Positions 38,360 to 47,594 of a DNA stretch of 64,000 nt are shown piece after piece (positions within the stretch are counted from its first letter, which is position 1; every line of letters begins with the position of its first letter). The stretch is from NCBI GenBank assembly GCA_964465015.1, contig CAYXHP010000148.1:2072-66071 (forward strand). The letters run 5' to 3'. Source of the stretch: an uncultured Gemmatimonadota bacterium. Lineage in GTDB: Bacteria; Gemmatimonadota; Gemmatimonadetes; Palauibacterales; Palauibacteraceae. A program made the translations under genes and the position numbers. A model generated the notes under the pieces. That model ran no database searches. It was given only the letters and a program-made list of their open reading frames with translations, and was not told where the DNA came from.

Positions 38360-39604
38360 ATGTGGCGCATCCTGCTCGAGGAGTTCTGGGGCGATCTCAA
38401 GGCGCAGAAGACGCGCGCCCTGCTCACCGGCTTCGCGGTCGTGTGGGGAAGCATGTCCGTCGTGCTACTCCTCGCCTTCGGGGACGGTCTGAAGCACGAG
38501 CTCACGACCGGTCTCCTGAACGCCGGCGAGAAGATCTTCATGATCTGGGGCGGCACTACGAGCGAGCCCTACCAGGGGCTGCCCCGGGGACGATCCATCC
38601 ACCTCTCGGAGGATGATCTCACCCTCCTGCAGCGGTCCATCCCCGCGATCGACATGGTGAGTCCCTCCTATGGAAAGAACAGCACCAGCCTGAAGGCCAA
38701 CGGCGTGCGGACCAACACCTACATGGAGGGTGTGTACCCCGCCTTCGGCGACCTTCGGCACATGTTCCCCGCTTCGGGGGGCCGCTTCATCGACGCCAAG
38801 GACGAGCAGGAGCGGCGGCGGTCGCTCTTCCTCGGTGACTCGATCGCGGCCCGGCTCTTCCCCGAGGGGCACCCGGTGGGAAAGACGGTGGTCCTGGATG
38901 ACCTGCCGTTCACGGTCGTGGGGGTGATGGAGTCCAAGTTCCAGGACAGCCAGAACAACGGTCCCGATGCGGAGCGGGCCATCATACCCGCTTCCACCTT
39001 CCGCTCCATCTACGGGAACCGTTACGTGAACCACCTCATCGTCCACCCGAGAGACGTGAACGACGCCCCGAAGGTGAAGAAGGAGATCTACCGGGTGCTG
39101 GGCGAGCGCTACCGGTTCGCGGCCGGCGACGAGCACGCGCTCGGAATCTGGGACTTCATCGAAGACGAGAAGATGAACCGGACCATCGGGCTCGGGATCG
39201 AGATCTTCCTGGGCCTCGTGGGAGCCTTCACGCTCGTGGTGGCGGGAGTGGGGCTGGCCAACGTGATGGTCGTGGCCGTCCGCGAGCGGACGCCCGAGAT
39301 CGGGGTCAAGCTGGCCATCGGGGCCCGCAAGCGGCACATCGTGGCGCAGTTCGTGTTCGAGGCCCTGCTGCTGGCGCTGATGGGGGGTCTGCTCGGGCTC
39401 GGGATCGCGGCGCTGATCGTGGTCGGGGTGGACGCGGTACCGGCGGGGAGCGAGGCGATGGTCTACATCCTCAATCCGCGGCTATCCTGGCCCATCGCCT
39501 TCATCTCGGTCGGCATCCTGGTGACGGTGGGCCTGGTGGCCGGGATCCTCCCGGCGCGCCGGGCGGCGAAAGTGGACCCCGTGGAGTCGCTCCGCTACGA
39601 GTAG
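38360..39604 (+). CDS. Second FtsX/MacB-type permease, a paralogue of 37044..38276
   Basis: Same architecture. VRERTPEIGVKLAIGARKRHI motif. Confidence 0.8.
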   Translation: MWRILLEEFWGDLKAQKTRALLTGFAVVWGSMSVVLLLAFGDGLKHELTTGLLNAGEKIFMIWGGTTSEPYQGLPRGRSIHLSEDDLTLLQRSIPAIDMVSPSYGKNSTSLKANGVRTNTYMEGVYPAFGDLRHMFPASGGRFIDAKDEQERRRSLFLGDSIAARLFPEGHPVGKTVVLDDLPFTVVGVMESKFQDSQNNGPDAERAIIPASTFRSIYGNRYVNHLIVHPRDVNDAPKVKKEIYRVLGERYRFAAGDEHALGIWDFIEDEKMNRTIGLGIEIFLGLVGAFTLVVAGVGLANVMVVAVRERTPEIGVKLAIGARKRHIVAQFVFEALLLALMGGLLGLGIAALIVVGVDAVPAGSEAMVYILNPRLSWPIAFISVGILVTVGLVAGILPARRAAKVDPVESLRYE

Positions 39605-39616
39605 GTGAGGACGCGC

Positions 39617-39652
39617 GGCCGTGACCGGGAGGGTCTCCGCCCGGTCACGGCC
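39617..39652. terminator. 13-bp perfect inverted repeat (GGCCGTGACCGGG ...10 nt... CCCGGTCACGGCC) between convergent genes
   Basis: Read from the sequence. It sits between the stop of the permease (39604) and the stop of the minus-strand gene (39687). Confidence 0.45.
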
Positions 39653-39686
39653 GGCTCGGCCCGGGTAGACCGGGCCGGAACCACCG

Positions 39687-40088
39687 TCAGCGTGTCTTTC
39701 CGTTCACGGCCCGAACGACCTGGTCCACGTACTTGTCGAGTCCGGTCACCAGGTCGATCATGGCCGCCTTGCCTTCCGCCGCGCTCACGTCCCGGGCGAA
39801 GCGAAGCAGCACGTCGCGCACCGCCTGACGGGATGCGTCCGAGGCGGCCTCCTTCGTGGCGCGCGAGCTCCGGCTCGGCTTCCGCGCTTTCTTGCGGCGG
39901 CGGCCGCTGGTAGCCATGCGCCGCTTCACCTGCAGCGGATAGCGGGCGTGGAACTGGCGGAGGGTGAGGCCAGAGATCGACCCGTCGATCTTCCGAGCCT
40001 TCTCGTAGAGCGTCTCGTTGGAGACGCCGGCGTTCTTCTTGAGCTCCGCCTCCACCATCTGCATCACACTATCGATCGTCTTGGCCAT
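39687..40088 (-). CDS. Hypothetical small protein (133 aa) with a basic Arg/Lys/Ser-rich central segment
   Basis: ATG at 40088 (MAKTIDSVMQMVEAELKK...RRMATSGRRRKKARKPSRSSRATKEAASDASRQAVRDV...). High third-position GC. No family assigned. Confidence 0.5.
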   Translation of the reverse strand: MAKTIDSVMQMVEAELKKNAGVSNETLYEKARKIDGSISGLTLRQFHARYPLQVKRRMATSGRRRKKARKPSRSSRATKEAASDASRQAVRDVLLRFARDVSAAEGKAAMIDLVTGLDKYVDQVVRAVNGKTR

Positions 40089-40524
40089 AGCCGGCTCCAT
40101 GTTCGGCTGGATGTTCACTGTCGGGCCATAAGGTAAGGTATAGAAGATTCGACAATGGGGGATAGTCGCGCAATAGTGGAACCCCGGCATCGAGCGTGGG
40201 GACGCGGGGCTCGCCGGATGCCGCGGAGGCGCGCGCGGTGACTCGCCCGGGCTCGGAGTTGGCCGCATCGTGCCGGTCCACCCGGGCCTTGCTCTGCCGC
40301 GGATCGGTACGTAGCCTTGCACGGCTCCATCGCCGGTCGCCCGGTCGCGGTGTACCGGCGTTGCGACCCGTTCTTCATTCTCGAACGGACACTTCCTGTA
40401 CGACGAGCGGAGACGGGACCGGCGGCGCGGGAGGGAACGCCCCGTGCCGGCGTGTGCGCCAGGGCTCGATCGCGAAAGGGACGCGTCGAGGCCGGCGGAG
40501 GCCGCCCGGCGCTCACATTGATGG

Positions 40525-41610
40525 ATGAACGGCGATTTCATGAAAGATACCATGCGAGAGTTCCTTACCCGGCTGCTGGATGCTCACGGGCCGTCCGGCT
40601 TCGAAGCGGCGCCGGCGCGGGTGTGGCGCGAGGAGGCCGGCACGTTCGCCGACGACGTCTGGCTGGATGTGCACGGAAACAGCTTCGCAGCCGTGGGGGA
40701 TGAGGAAGCTCCACGGGTGATGGTGGCGGGCCACATCGACGAGATCGGCCTCATGGTCCACCACATCGATGACGACGGGTACGTGTACGTGCAGCCGGTC
40801 GGAGGCTGGGATCCGCAAGTGCTCGTGGGCCAGCGGGTCGCGATCCTCACCGGGGACGGCGAGGTGCCGGGTGTGATCGGCCGCAAGGCGATCCATCTCA
40901 TCGATCGGGAGGAGAGAGAGAAGGCGGTCAAGCTCAAGGACCTGTGGATCGACATCGGCGCCCGGGACGGCGACGAGGCCCGCGGCCGGATCGAGGTCGG
41001 AGACGTGGCCGTGCTGGCCAGCGACACCCTCGAGCTGGCCAACGACCGATTCGCCGCGAGGTCGATCGACGATCGCATCGGCGTCCTGGTGGCCCTCGAG
41101 GCGCTGCGCCGCGCCGCCGAGAAGGGGTTGTCCGTGCGCGCGGTGGCCGTGGCCACCACCCAGGAGGAGATCGGTTACCGTTCGGGCGGCGGCGCCGCTC
41201 CGAGCACGTACGACCTCGATCCCGTGGCCGCCCTGGCCGTGGACGTCACGCACGCCACCGACCACCCGTCGGTGGACCGCAAGGAGTTCGGCGACATCGA
41301 CCTCGGCGGCGGGCCGGTCCTGACGCGGGGCGCGGTGGTGAACCCGGTGCTCCTGCGACTCCTCAGGGAAGCGGCCGGGGAGGCCGGAATCGCGTTCCAG
41401 GTCCATGCGGCGCCCTCGGCGACGGGAACCGATGCCGACTCCATGTATACTGCCAGGTCGGGGGTGGCCACGGCGGTCGTGTCGGTGCCCAACCGCTACA
41501 TGCACAGCCCCAGCCAGCTCGTGGCGGCCTCCGATGTGGAGAAAGCAGCGGAGCTCATCGCCACGTTCCTGGCCAGGCTCACGGGCGAGGAGACCTATCT
41601 GCCCGACTAG
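40525..41610 (+). CDS. M42-family metallopeptidase (glutamyl aminopeptidase / FrvX-like)
   Basis: HIDEIGLMV...DDRIGV...TTQEEIGYRSGG...HSPSQ. Confidence 0.8.
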   Translation: MNGDFMKDTMREFLTRLLDAHGPSGFEAAPARVWREEAGTFADDVWLDVHGNSFAAVGDEEAPRVMVAGHIDEIGLMVHHIDDDGYVYVQPVGGWDPQVLVGQRVAILTGDGEVPGVIGRKAIHLIDREEREKAVKLKDLWIDIGARDGDEARGRIEVGDVAVLASDTLELANDRFAARSIDDRIGVLVALEALRRAAEKGLSVRAVAVATTQEEIGYRSGGGAAPSTYDLDPVAALAVDVTHATDHPSVDRKEFGDIDLGGGPVLTRGAVVNPVLLRLLREAAGEAGIAFQVHAAPSATGTDADSMYTARSGVATAVVSVPNRYMHSPSQLVAASDVEKAAELIATFLARLTGEETYLPD

Positions 41611-41642
41611 GGCGGTCGGGCGGTATTCCAGGAGGTAGACCG

Positions 41643-42341
41643 GTGGACGCGCAGGGCGAGGGACGCAACGGGCAGAAGCGACGACGACCGGCTTCACGAG
41701 CGGCGGAAGACTACCTGAAGGCGATCTACAGGCTGGAGAGCCATTCCAGTCCGGTGTCCACCTCCGATCTGGCGGACGAGCTGGGCAGGGCGGCGCCGTC
41801 GGTCACCAACATGGTCAAGGGACTGGCGGGCCGGGGCCTCGTCGAGCACGCCCTCTACCACGGCGTCCGGCTCACCCCGGAGGGCCGCGACCTCGCGTTG
41901 CGCATCCTCCGACGCCACCGCGTCATCGAATCCTACCTCATCGAGAAGCTCGGATACGCCTGGGACGGTGTCCACAGAGAGGCCGAGCGACTGGAGCACG
42001 CCGCGTCCGACGAGCTCATCGCGCGCATGGACGAAGCGCTGGGACAGCCGCACCACGATCCGCACGGCTCCCCGATCCCGGCGGCGGACGGGCAGATGGA
42101 GCGGCAGAGTTTCCGGCCCCTGCTCGAGGCCCCCAGGGACGAGCCGTTCGTGGTGGAGGAGGTGCTGGACCAGGAGCCGGCGCGCTTGCGCCGGGCCGGG
42201 GCCGTGGGTCTCTTTCCGGGCGCCCGGGTGACCGTCACCGGACGCGGCCGGGAAGAGGGCTCCCTGGAGGTGCTGGTCGACGGCCGGCGCCGGATCGTAG
42301 ACCGCGACGTCGCGGCCGCGGTGGGCGTTCGCCGGGCCTGA
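41643..42341 (+). CDS. DtxR/IdeR/MntR-family metal-dependent transcriptional repressor with a C-terminal FeoA/SH3-like domain
   Basis: GTG start. AEDYLKAIYRLESHS...TSDLADELGRAAPSVTNMVKGLAGRGLV (HTH)...HREAERLEHAASDEL...HGSPIP (metal site). Confidence 0.8.
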   Translation: MDAQGEGRNGQKRRRPASRAAEDYLKAIYRLESHSSPVSTSDLADELGRAAPSVTNMVKGLAGRGLVEHALYHGVRLTPEGRDLALRILRRHRVIESYLIEKLGYAWDGVHREAERLEHAASDELIARMDEALGQPHHDPHGSPIPAADGQMERQSFRPLLEAPRDEPFVVEEVLDQEPARLRRAGAVGLFPGARVTVTGRGREEGSLEVLVDGRRRIVDRDVAAAVGVRRA

Positions 42342-42398
42342 AGGGCCCACGCGCGCGCGGCGGCCGACGCGCGCCGCCACGACCTCGACTCGGAAGGG

Positions 42399-42647
42399 AT
42401 GATGGCCAGGAAGATCAGGGCGGACGGGGATGCCTGGAAGGTGCAGCTCAGCGCCCATCCTCCCGAGCCCGGTACGCAGGCGCTCCTCTTCTTCTGCGTG
42501 ACCACAGGGCAGCGTCCCTACCGGGTGGTGGAGGTGCCGGAGAGCCGGATCGGGGGACCGGAGGATCTGGAGAAGCTCCCCGAGCGCGACCTGGAGGAGC
42601 TGTTCCGGCAGAGCCGGTCGCTGGACTTCCCGCGCAGCTACGCGTGA
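42399..42647 (+). CDS. Hypothetical small protein (82 aa), translationally coupled (GTGA) to the downstream PHP gene
   Basis: Non-repetitive sequence with good codon bias. The 4-nt overlap with the next start supports expression. Confidence 0.45.
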   Translation: MMARKIRADGDAWKVQLSAHPPEPGTQALLFFCVTTGQRPYRVVEVPESRIGGPEDLEKLPERDLEELFRQSRSLDFPRSYA

Positions 42648-43516
42648 CGCCCGAGCCACGGAGATCGCCCCCGGCGCGCGTCGACCTCCATCTCCACAGC
42701 CTCGCCTCCGATGGAACCGAGGCACCCGCCGCGGTGGTACGAAGAGCGGCCGGGCTGGGATTGGCCGGGATCGCGCTGACCGATCACGACACCGTGGCCG
42801 GCGTGGAGGAGGCTGCGGCCGAGGCGGCTCGCCTGGGGCTCGAGTTTCTGGTCGGCGCCGAGCTCTCGGCCAACGAGCCCGGCCGGTCGATCCACCTCCT
42901 GGCCTACGGATTCGACCCTTCGGACCCGTCCCTGTCGGAGTACCTGGAGGCCTACCGGAGGGACCGCGTTCGCAGGGCCCGGGCCATCGTCCGAAGGCTG
43001 CAGGAGCTGGACGTGCCGCTGGCCTGGGAAGAGGTGGAGAGCCGCGCCGTGGGCGGCGTTCCGACGCGGGCTCACGTGGGACGCGCCCTGGTCGAGGAGG
43101 GGCTGGTTTCCGGCGAGCGGGCGGCGTTCCGGCTGTATCTCTCGCGCGGGAAGCCGGCCTTCGTCGAGAAGCGGCCCTCGCCGCCCGCGGAGGTGATCGA
43201 GCGGGTGCACGCGGCCGGGGGCGTGGTGCTGGTCGCCCATCCGGGTCGCGAGCACGGCCTGGACGATCTACGGCGCTGGCTGGCCCAGGGGCTGGACGGG
43301 GTGGAAGTGTTGCACCCCTCGCACGATGAGGGGATGCGGCGGACCCTGCGGGCGCTGGCGGAGGCGGAGGGGCTGCTCACCGGCGGGGGCTCGGACTGGC
43401 ACGGCCGGGACGGAGCGCACGCTCCCCAGCCGGGTTCCGAGGAGGTACCCCTCGCCTGGCTGGAGGCGATCCGCTCGCGGACCATGGAACAGCAGGGGAT
43501 GGACGGGCGAGCATGA
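42644..43516 (+). CDS. PHP-domain metal-dependent phosphoesterase (TrpH/YciV-like)
   Basis: VDLHLHSLASDGT...IALTDHDT... Confidence 0.8.
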   Translation: MTPEPRRSPPARVDLHLHSLASDGTEAPAAVVRRAAGLGLAGIALTDHDTVAGVEEAAAEAARLGLEFLVGAELSANEPGRSIHLLAYGFDPSDPSLSEYLEAYRRDRVRRARAIVRRLQELDVPLAWEEVESRAVGGVPTRAHVGRALVEEGLVSGERAAFRLYLSRGKPAFVEKRPSPPAEVIERVHAAGGVVLVAHPGREHGLDDLRRWLAQGLDGVEVLHPSHDEGMRRTLRALAEAEGLLTGGGSDWHGRDGAHAPQPGSEEVPLAWLEAIRSRTMEQQGMDGRA

Positions 43517-44478
43517 CGACGCACGATCACGACATGATCATCGTGGGCGCGGGCCCGGCGGGGCTGTGCGCCGCCCTCTATGCGGGACGCTCCGAGGTGG
43601 ATGCCGTGCTCCTGGAGCAGGGCGCTCCCGGCGGACAGCTCCTCCTCACCGAGCTGGTCGACGACTATCCCGGCCTCGAGGAGGTGGGCGGGATGGAGCT
43701 GGCGGAGCGCATGAGCGACCATGCGGCCAAGTTCGGCGTGGAGGCGACCTATGGCGTGGTCGAGTCCATCCGCCGGGACGCCGAGGGCCGATTTCTCGTC
43801 TCGGTGTCGGGCGGAGAGGTGTATCGCGCCCCCGCCGTCGTCCTCACCGCGGGAGGGACCCCGCGCCGGCTCGGCGTCTCCGGCGAGGAGGAATTCCGGG
43901 GCAGGGGGGTCAGCTACTGCGCCATCTGCGACGGCGCCTTCTTCAAGGGACAGACCATCGCCGTGATCGGTGGTGGCGACTCGGCCGTCGAGGAAGGCGA
44001 GTTTTTGACCCGCTATGCCGAGAAGGTCTACATCGTCCATCGCCGTGACGCCTTCCGGGCGCAGGCCGTCCTCCAGGACCGCCTGCTCAAGAACCCGCGC
44101 GTGGAGGTGATCTGGAACACGGTCGTCGAGGAGATCCGCGGGGACGATTCCGGCGTGACCTCCCTGGCCCTCCGGGACGTGGAGACCGAGGTTTCGACGG
44201 AACTCCCCGTGACGGGAGTGTTTATATTCATCGGGTTCGAGCCGAACACGACCGTGCTCGGCGAGCACGTCGAGCACGACGCGGGGGGCTACCTGCTCAC
44301 GGACCGGGACATGCGGACGTCGATCCCCGGACTGTTTGCGGCGGGCGATGTGCGCTCCCAGCTCGTCCGGCAGATCACGACGGCCGTGGGTGACGCCACC
44401 ACGGCGGTGTTCGCGGCCGAGAAGTACCTCGTGGATCAAGCCGAGCGGGAAGGCGCCGGGGCCGAAGCCCCGGTATGA
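43513..44478 (+). CDS. trxB: Thioredoxin-disulfide reductase
   Basis: MIIVGAGPAGLCAALYAGR...GVSYCAICDGAFF (CxxC)...IAVIGGGDSAVEEG...GLFAAGDV. Confidence 0.9.
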   Translation: MTTHDHDMIIVGAGPAGLCAALYAGRSEVDAVLLEQGAPGGQLLLTELVDDYPGLEEVGGMELAERMSDHAAKFGVEATYGVVESIRRDAEGRFLVSVSGGEVYRAPAVVLTAGGTPRRLGVSGEEEFRGRGVSYCAICDGAFFKGQTIAVIGGGDSAVEEGEFLTRYAEKVYIVHRRDAFRAQAVLQDRLLKNPRVEVIWNTVVEEIRGDDSGVTSLALRDVETEVSTELPVTGVFIFIGFEPNTTVLGEHVEHDAGGYLLTDRDMRTSIPGLFAAGDVRSQLVRQITTAVGDATTAVFAAEKYLVDQAEREGAGAEAPV

Positions 44479-44870
44479 ATCGACACACGGGCGGTGCGAG
44501 CATGGATGCGACGGTACGATCGGGACAGGACGAGGGCCTCGGGATCACGCTGTCGGAGCTGGCGGCGGAAGAGGTCCGGAACTTCATGGCCGAGGAAGAG
44601 ATGACCGGGGAGTCCGCCGGGCTGCGCGTGAGCGTGGTTCCGGGCGGGTGCTCGGGCTTCGAGTACGCCCTCAACATCGAGCCCGAGGCCCGCGAGGACG
44701 ACTTCGTCATCGGGAGCCACGGCGTGCGCCTGTTCGTGGATCCCTTCTCCGCCCAGTATCTGGAGGGCGTGGCGATCGACTACAAGCGCACCTTCCAGGG
44801 CTCCGGGTTCACGTTCGACAACCCCAACGCCACGGGCGGTTGCGGCTGCGGGAGCTCCTTCGCGGTCTGA
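44475..44870 (+). CDS. HesB/IscA/ErpA-family iron-sulfur cluster insertion protein
   Basis: GLRVSVVPGGCSGFEY...FDNPNATGGCGCGSSF. ATGA overlap with the trxB stop. Confidence 0.85.
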   Translation: MNRHTGGASMDATVRSGQDEGLGITLSELAAEEVRNFMAEEEMTGESAGLRVSVVPGGCSGFEYALNIEPEAREDDFVIGSHGVRLFVDPFSAQYLEGVAIDYKRTFQGSGFTFDNPNATGGCGCGSSFAV

Positions 44871-44898
44871 TCACGGCGGCGAGACCGGAGTCCCGGGC

Positions 44899-45561
44899 AT
44901 GACGGGGGCCGCGGACCCGGTGGAGGTCCGGCGCCTCGTGCTGGGACCCATTCAGGCCAACGGCTACCTGGTCCGCCGGCGTGGCGCCGACCGGGCGGTG
45001 GTGATCGATCCGGGTGCCGACCCGGAGGCCGTACTGGCGGCCCTGGGGGAGTGGGGCGCTGAGCCCGTGGCCATTCTCCTCACCCATGCCCACCTGGACC
45101 ACGTCGGCGGCGTCGCCGGGCTCCGGCGGCGCTTCGACATCCCGATCTACCTGCACCCGGCCGATCGGGGCCTTTACGACGCGGCGGTGGACCAGGGCCG
45201 CATGTTCGGGCTGGAGATCGATCCTCCCCCTGCGCCCGATCACGAGCTGGAGGATGGGGAGCAGCTGGAGCTGGCCGGCCTCGAGCTCGAGGTCAGGCAC
45301 GCTCCCGGCCACTCCCCGGGCGGGGTGGTGTTCGTGCTTCCCGGGCACGCCTTCGTGGGCGACTGTGTGTTCGCCGGCTCTGTGGGGCGGGTGGATCTGC
45401 CCGGCGGGGATGGGCCCACGCTGCTGCGCTCCATCCGGGAGCGGATCCTGTCCCTCCCGGAGGACACCATCCTGTGGTCGGGACACGGGGGCGAGACGAG
45501 CGTGGGGCGCGAGGCGCGGACCAACCCCTTCCTCACCGGCGCCTACGGATGGAGCGGATGA
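44899..45561 (+). CDS. MBL-fold metallo-hydrolase (glyoxalase II-like)
   Basis: ILLTHAHLDHVGG...HAPGHSPGG...GDCVF. Confidence 0.8.
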   Translation: MTGAADPVEVRRLVLGPIQANGYLVRRRGADRAVVIDPGADPEAVLAALGEWGAEPVAILLTHAHLDHVGGVAGLRRRFDIPIYLHPADRGLYDAAVDQGRMFGLEIDPPPAPDHELEDGEQLELAGLELEVRHAPGHSPGGVVFVLPGHAFVGDCVFAGSVGRVDLPGGDGPTLLRSIRERILSLPEDTILWSGHGGETSVGREARTNPFLTGAYGWSG

Positions 45562-45755
45562 GCGAGGCGCCGGCCGCGGCCCGGCTTCGAACCCCCATGG
45601 AGCCCCGGCGCGCTGCGGAGCCCGCGAGGGAGAGCGCCGCGCTGTCGCCCTGCCTGCGCTGCGGGACGGCGATCCCGGTCCGCCGCATGGGCTGCCGCGG
45701 AGGGCGCTGTCCCCACTGCGGTCACCCCTATCCCCACGGCGACTGCTCCGACTGA
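45558..45755 (+). CDS. Small Zn-ribbon protein (65 aa)
   Basis: ATGA-coupled to the MBL stop. CLRCG...(16 aa)...CPHCGHPYPHGDC gives four Cys in two CxxC pairs. Confidence 0.45.
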   Translation: MSEAPAAARLRTPMEPRRAAEPARESAALSPCLRCGTAIPVRRMGCRGGRCPHCGHPYPHGDCSD

Positions 45756-45756
45756 A

Positions 45757-46986
45757 ATGGACGAGGTGCGTGACGACGGCCAGCGGGCGGAAGGGCGGGA
45801 GACTCGCTCGCCGTCGCCCGAGGCGCTCGAGGGTGCGGCCGACGCGGCCGGACCCATGGAGCCGGGCGAGACGACCGTCGATCAGGCCCTCCGCCTCGCC
45901 GAGCTGCTCGGAGCCCTCGAGGAGGCCGGGGACGTGCTCGTCCTCACGCACGACAACCCGGACCCCGATGCCATCGCATCGGCGGCGGCGCTCGCCTTTC
46001 TGCTCCGGGAGGAGGCCGGCGTCACGACGACACTGGCCTTCGGAGGGATCGTCGGGCGCGCCGAGAACCGGGCGTTGATCGCGGAGCTGGGCGTCGACTT
46101 CCATCGCATGGGCATCCTGGAGGTCGCTCCGGGCACGGCCGTGGCGCTGGTGGACACACAACCGAGGACCGGGAACAACTCGCTCCCCGAGGGGCGGATC
46201 GCCTCCATCGTGATCGACCACCACCCGGTGCGGCCGGAGGCGGCGGCCACGACCTTCTCCGATGTCCGGCCGGCGTACGGGGCCAGCTGCTCGATCCTGG
46301 TGGAATACCTGCGCGCGGCGGGACTCGAGCCCGAGCGCCCGCTGGCCACGGCGCTGTTCTACGGGATCCAGTCGGAGACGATGGACCTGGGCCGCGAGGT
46401 CTCTGGCCCGGACGTGGAGGCGAGCCTGTACCTGTACCCGCGCTCCGACCCCGCGGCGATCTCGCGCATACGCCACGCCCGCGTGCCGCCCACCTACCTG
46501 CAGTCCGTACACGAGGCCATCGAGCGGGCCCGGCTGTACAACGGTGTCATGTGCGTCCCCATGGGGCGGCTCGACTACCCGGACCTGGGAGCCGAGCTGG
46601 CCGACATGTTCATGCGGGTGGACGGGGTGGAATGGACCATCGCCTCGGGACGCTACCACGATGAGCTCCTCCTCTCGGTGCGTACCTACGAGCAGCAGGC
46701 CCACGCCGGGGACATGGTTCGACGCGTGATACGCGACCGGGGCTCGGCCGGCGGCCACGGCATGCTGGCCGGGGCGCAGGTGCCGCTCCGGGGGCGGAGC
46801 GACGCCGAGGTGGATCAGCTGGTGGAGACCCTGTTCGAGGAGTTTCGGGCCGAGCTCGGCGTGGCGGACCGAGAAGCGCGCCCGATCATCGACGCCGACC
46901 TCTCGGCCATCCCGCCGGGCGAGGAGCCGGGGGGCGGGGAGCCGGCGGACGGTGGGCGCCGGGCCGCCCCCGAGCCCGGGGAATGA
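45757..46986 (+). CDS. DHH/DHHA1 phosphoesterase (NrnA-like)
   Basis: LVLTHDNPDPDAIASAAA...IVIDHHPV...GGHGMLAGAQ. Confidence 0.8.
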   Translation: MDEVRDDGQRAEGRETRSPSPEALEGAADAAGPMEPGETTVDQALRLAELLGALEEAGDVLVLTHDNPDPDAIASAAALAFLLREEAGVTTTLAFGGIVGRAENRALIAELGVDFHRMGILEVAPGTAVALVDTQPRTGNNSLPEGRIASIVIDHHPVRPEAAATTFSDVRPAYGASCSILVEYLRAAGLEPERPLATALFYGIQSETMDLGREVSGPDVEASLYLYPRSDPAAISRIRHARVPPTYLQSVHEAIERARLYNGVMCVPMGRLDYPDLGAELADMFMRVDGVEWTIASGRYHDELLLSVRTYEQQAHAGDMVRRVIRDRGSAGGHGMLAGAQVPLRGRSDAEVDQLVETLFEEFRAELGVADREARPIIDADLSAIPPGEEPGGGEPADGGRRAAPEPGE

Positions 46987-47594
46987 TCCGGATCGGCCTC
47001 ACGGGCACGCTCGGAGCCGGGAAGAGCACGGTCGGGAGGCTGTTCGAGCGGTGGGGGGCGTGGCGGGTCGACGCCGACGACCTGGCCCGGGAAGCCGTGG
47101 CTCCGGGCTCCAGGGCGCTGGCAGCGATCCGCGACCGGTTCGGTGACGATGTCCTGGCGGCCGACGGCGGCCTCGACCGGGCCGCCGTACGCCGGCGCGT
47201 ATTCGGCGCTCCCGCCGAGCGCGAAGCGCTGGAGGCGATCGTCCACCCGGCCGTCCAGGCGCTTCGCGCCCGGGAGCTGGACGCGGCGCGGCGCGCGGGC
47301 GCCGCCGTGCTGGTGGCCGAAATACCGCTCCTGTTCGAGACCGGTCTCCAGGACGACTACGACGTCGTGGTGGTCGTGGACGCTCCCGCCGAGCTCCGGC
47401 GCCGCCGCATCGAGGGCGAGCGCTCTCTCGCGCCGGGGAGCTTCGACGCCATCGAAGCCGCCCAGTGGCCCGCGGCCCGAAAGCGCGAGGCGGCCGACCT
47501 CGTGCTCGTGAACGATGGCGACCTGGCCACACTCGAGCGGCGCGCCCGGGCGGCGTGGGAGTCGATCACCGGCCGGGAGAACGACCGGGCATGA
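46983..47594 (+). CDS. coaE: Dephospho-CoA kinase
   Basis: MIRIGLTGTLGAGKSTVG...ATGA overlap on both sides. Confidence 0.9.
   Translation: MIRIGLTGTLGAGKSTVGRLFERWGAWRVDADDLAREAVAPGSRALAAIRDRFGDDVLAADGGLDRAAVRRRVFGAPAEREALEAIVHPAVQALRARELDAARRAGAAVLVAEIPLLFETGLQDDYDVVVVVDAPAELRRRRIEGERSLAPGSFDAIEAAQWPAARKREAADLVLVNDGDLATLERRARAAWESITGRENDRA

Noticed and set aside
40115-40528. ORFs 40115..40516 (-) and 40196..40528 (+) within the long intergenic region
   Set aside because: Arg-rich, with no start context or motifs. I treat the region as non-coding (see finding).
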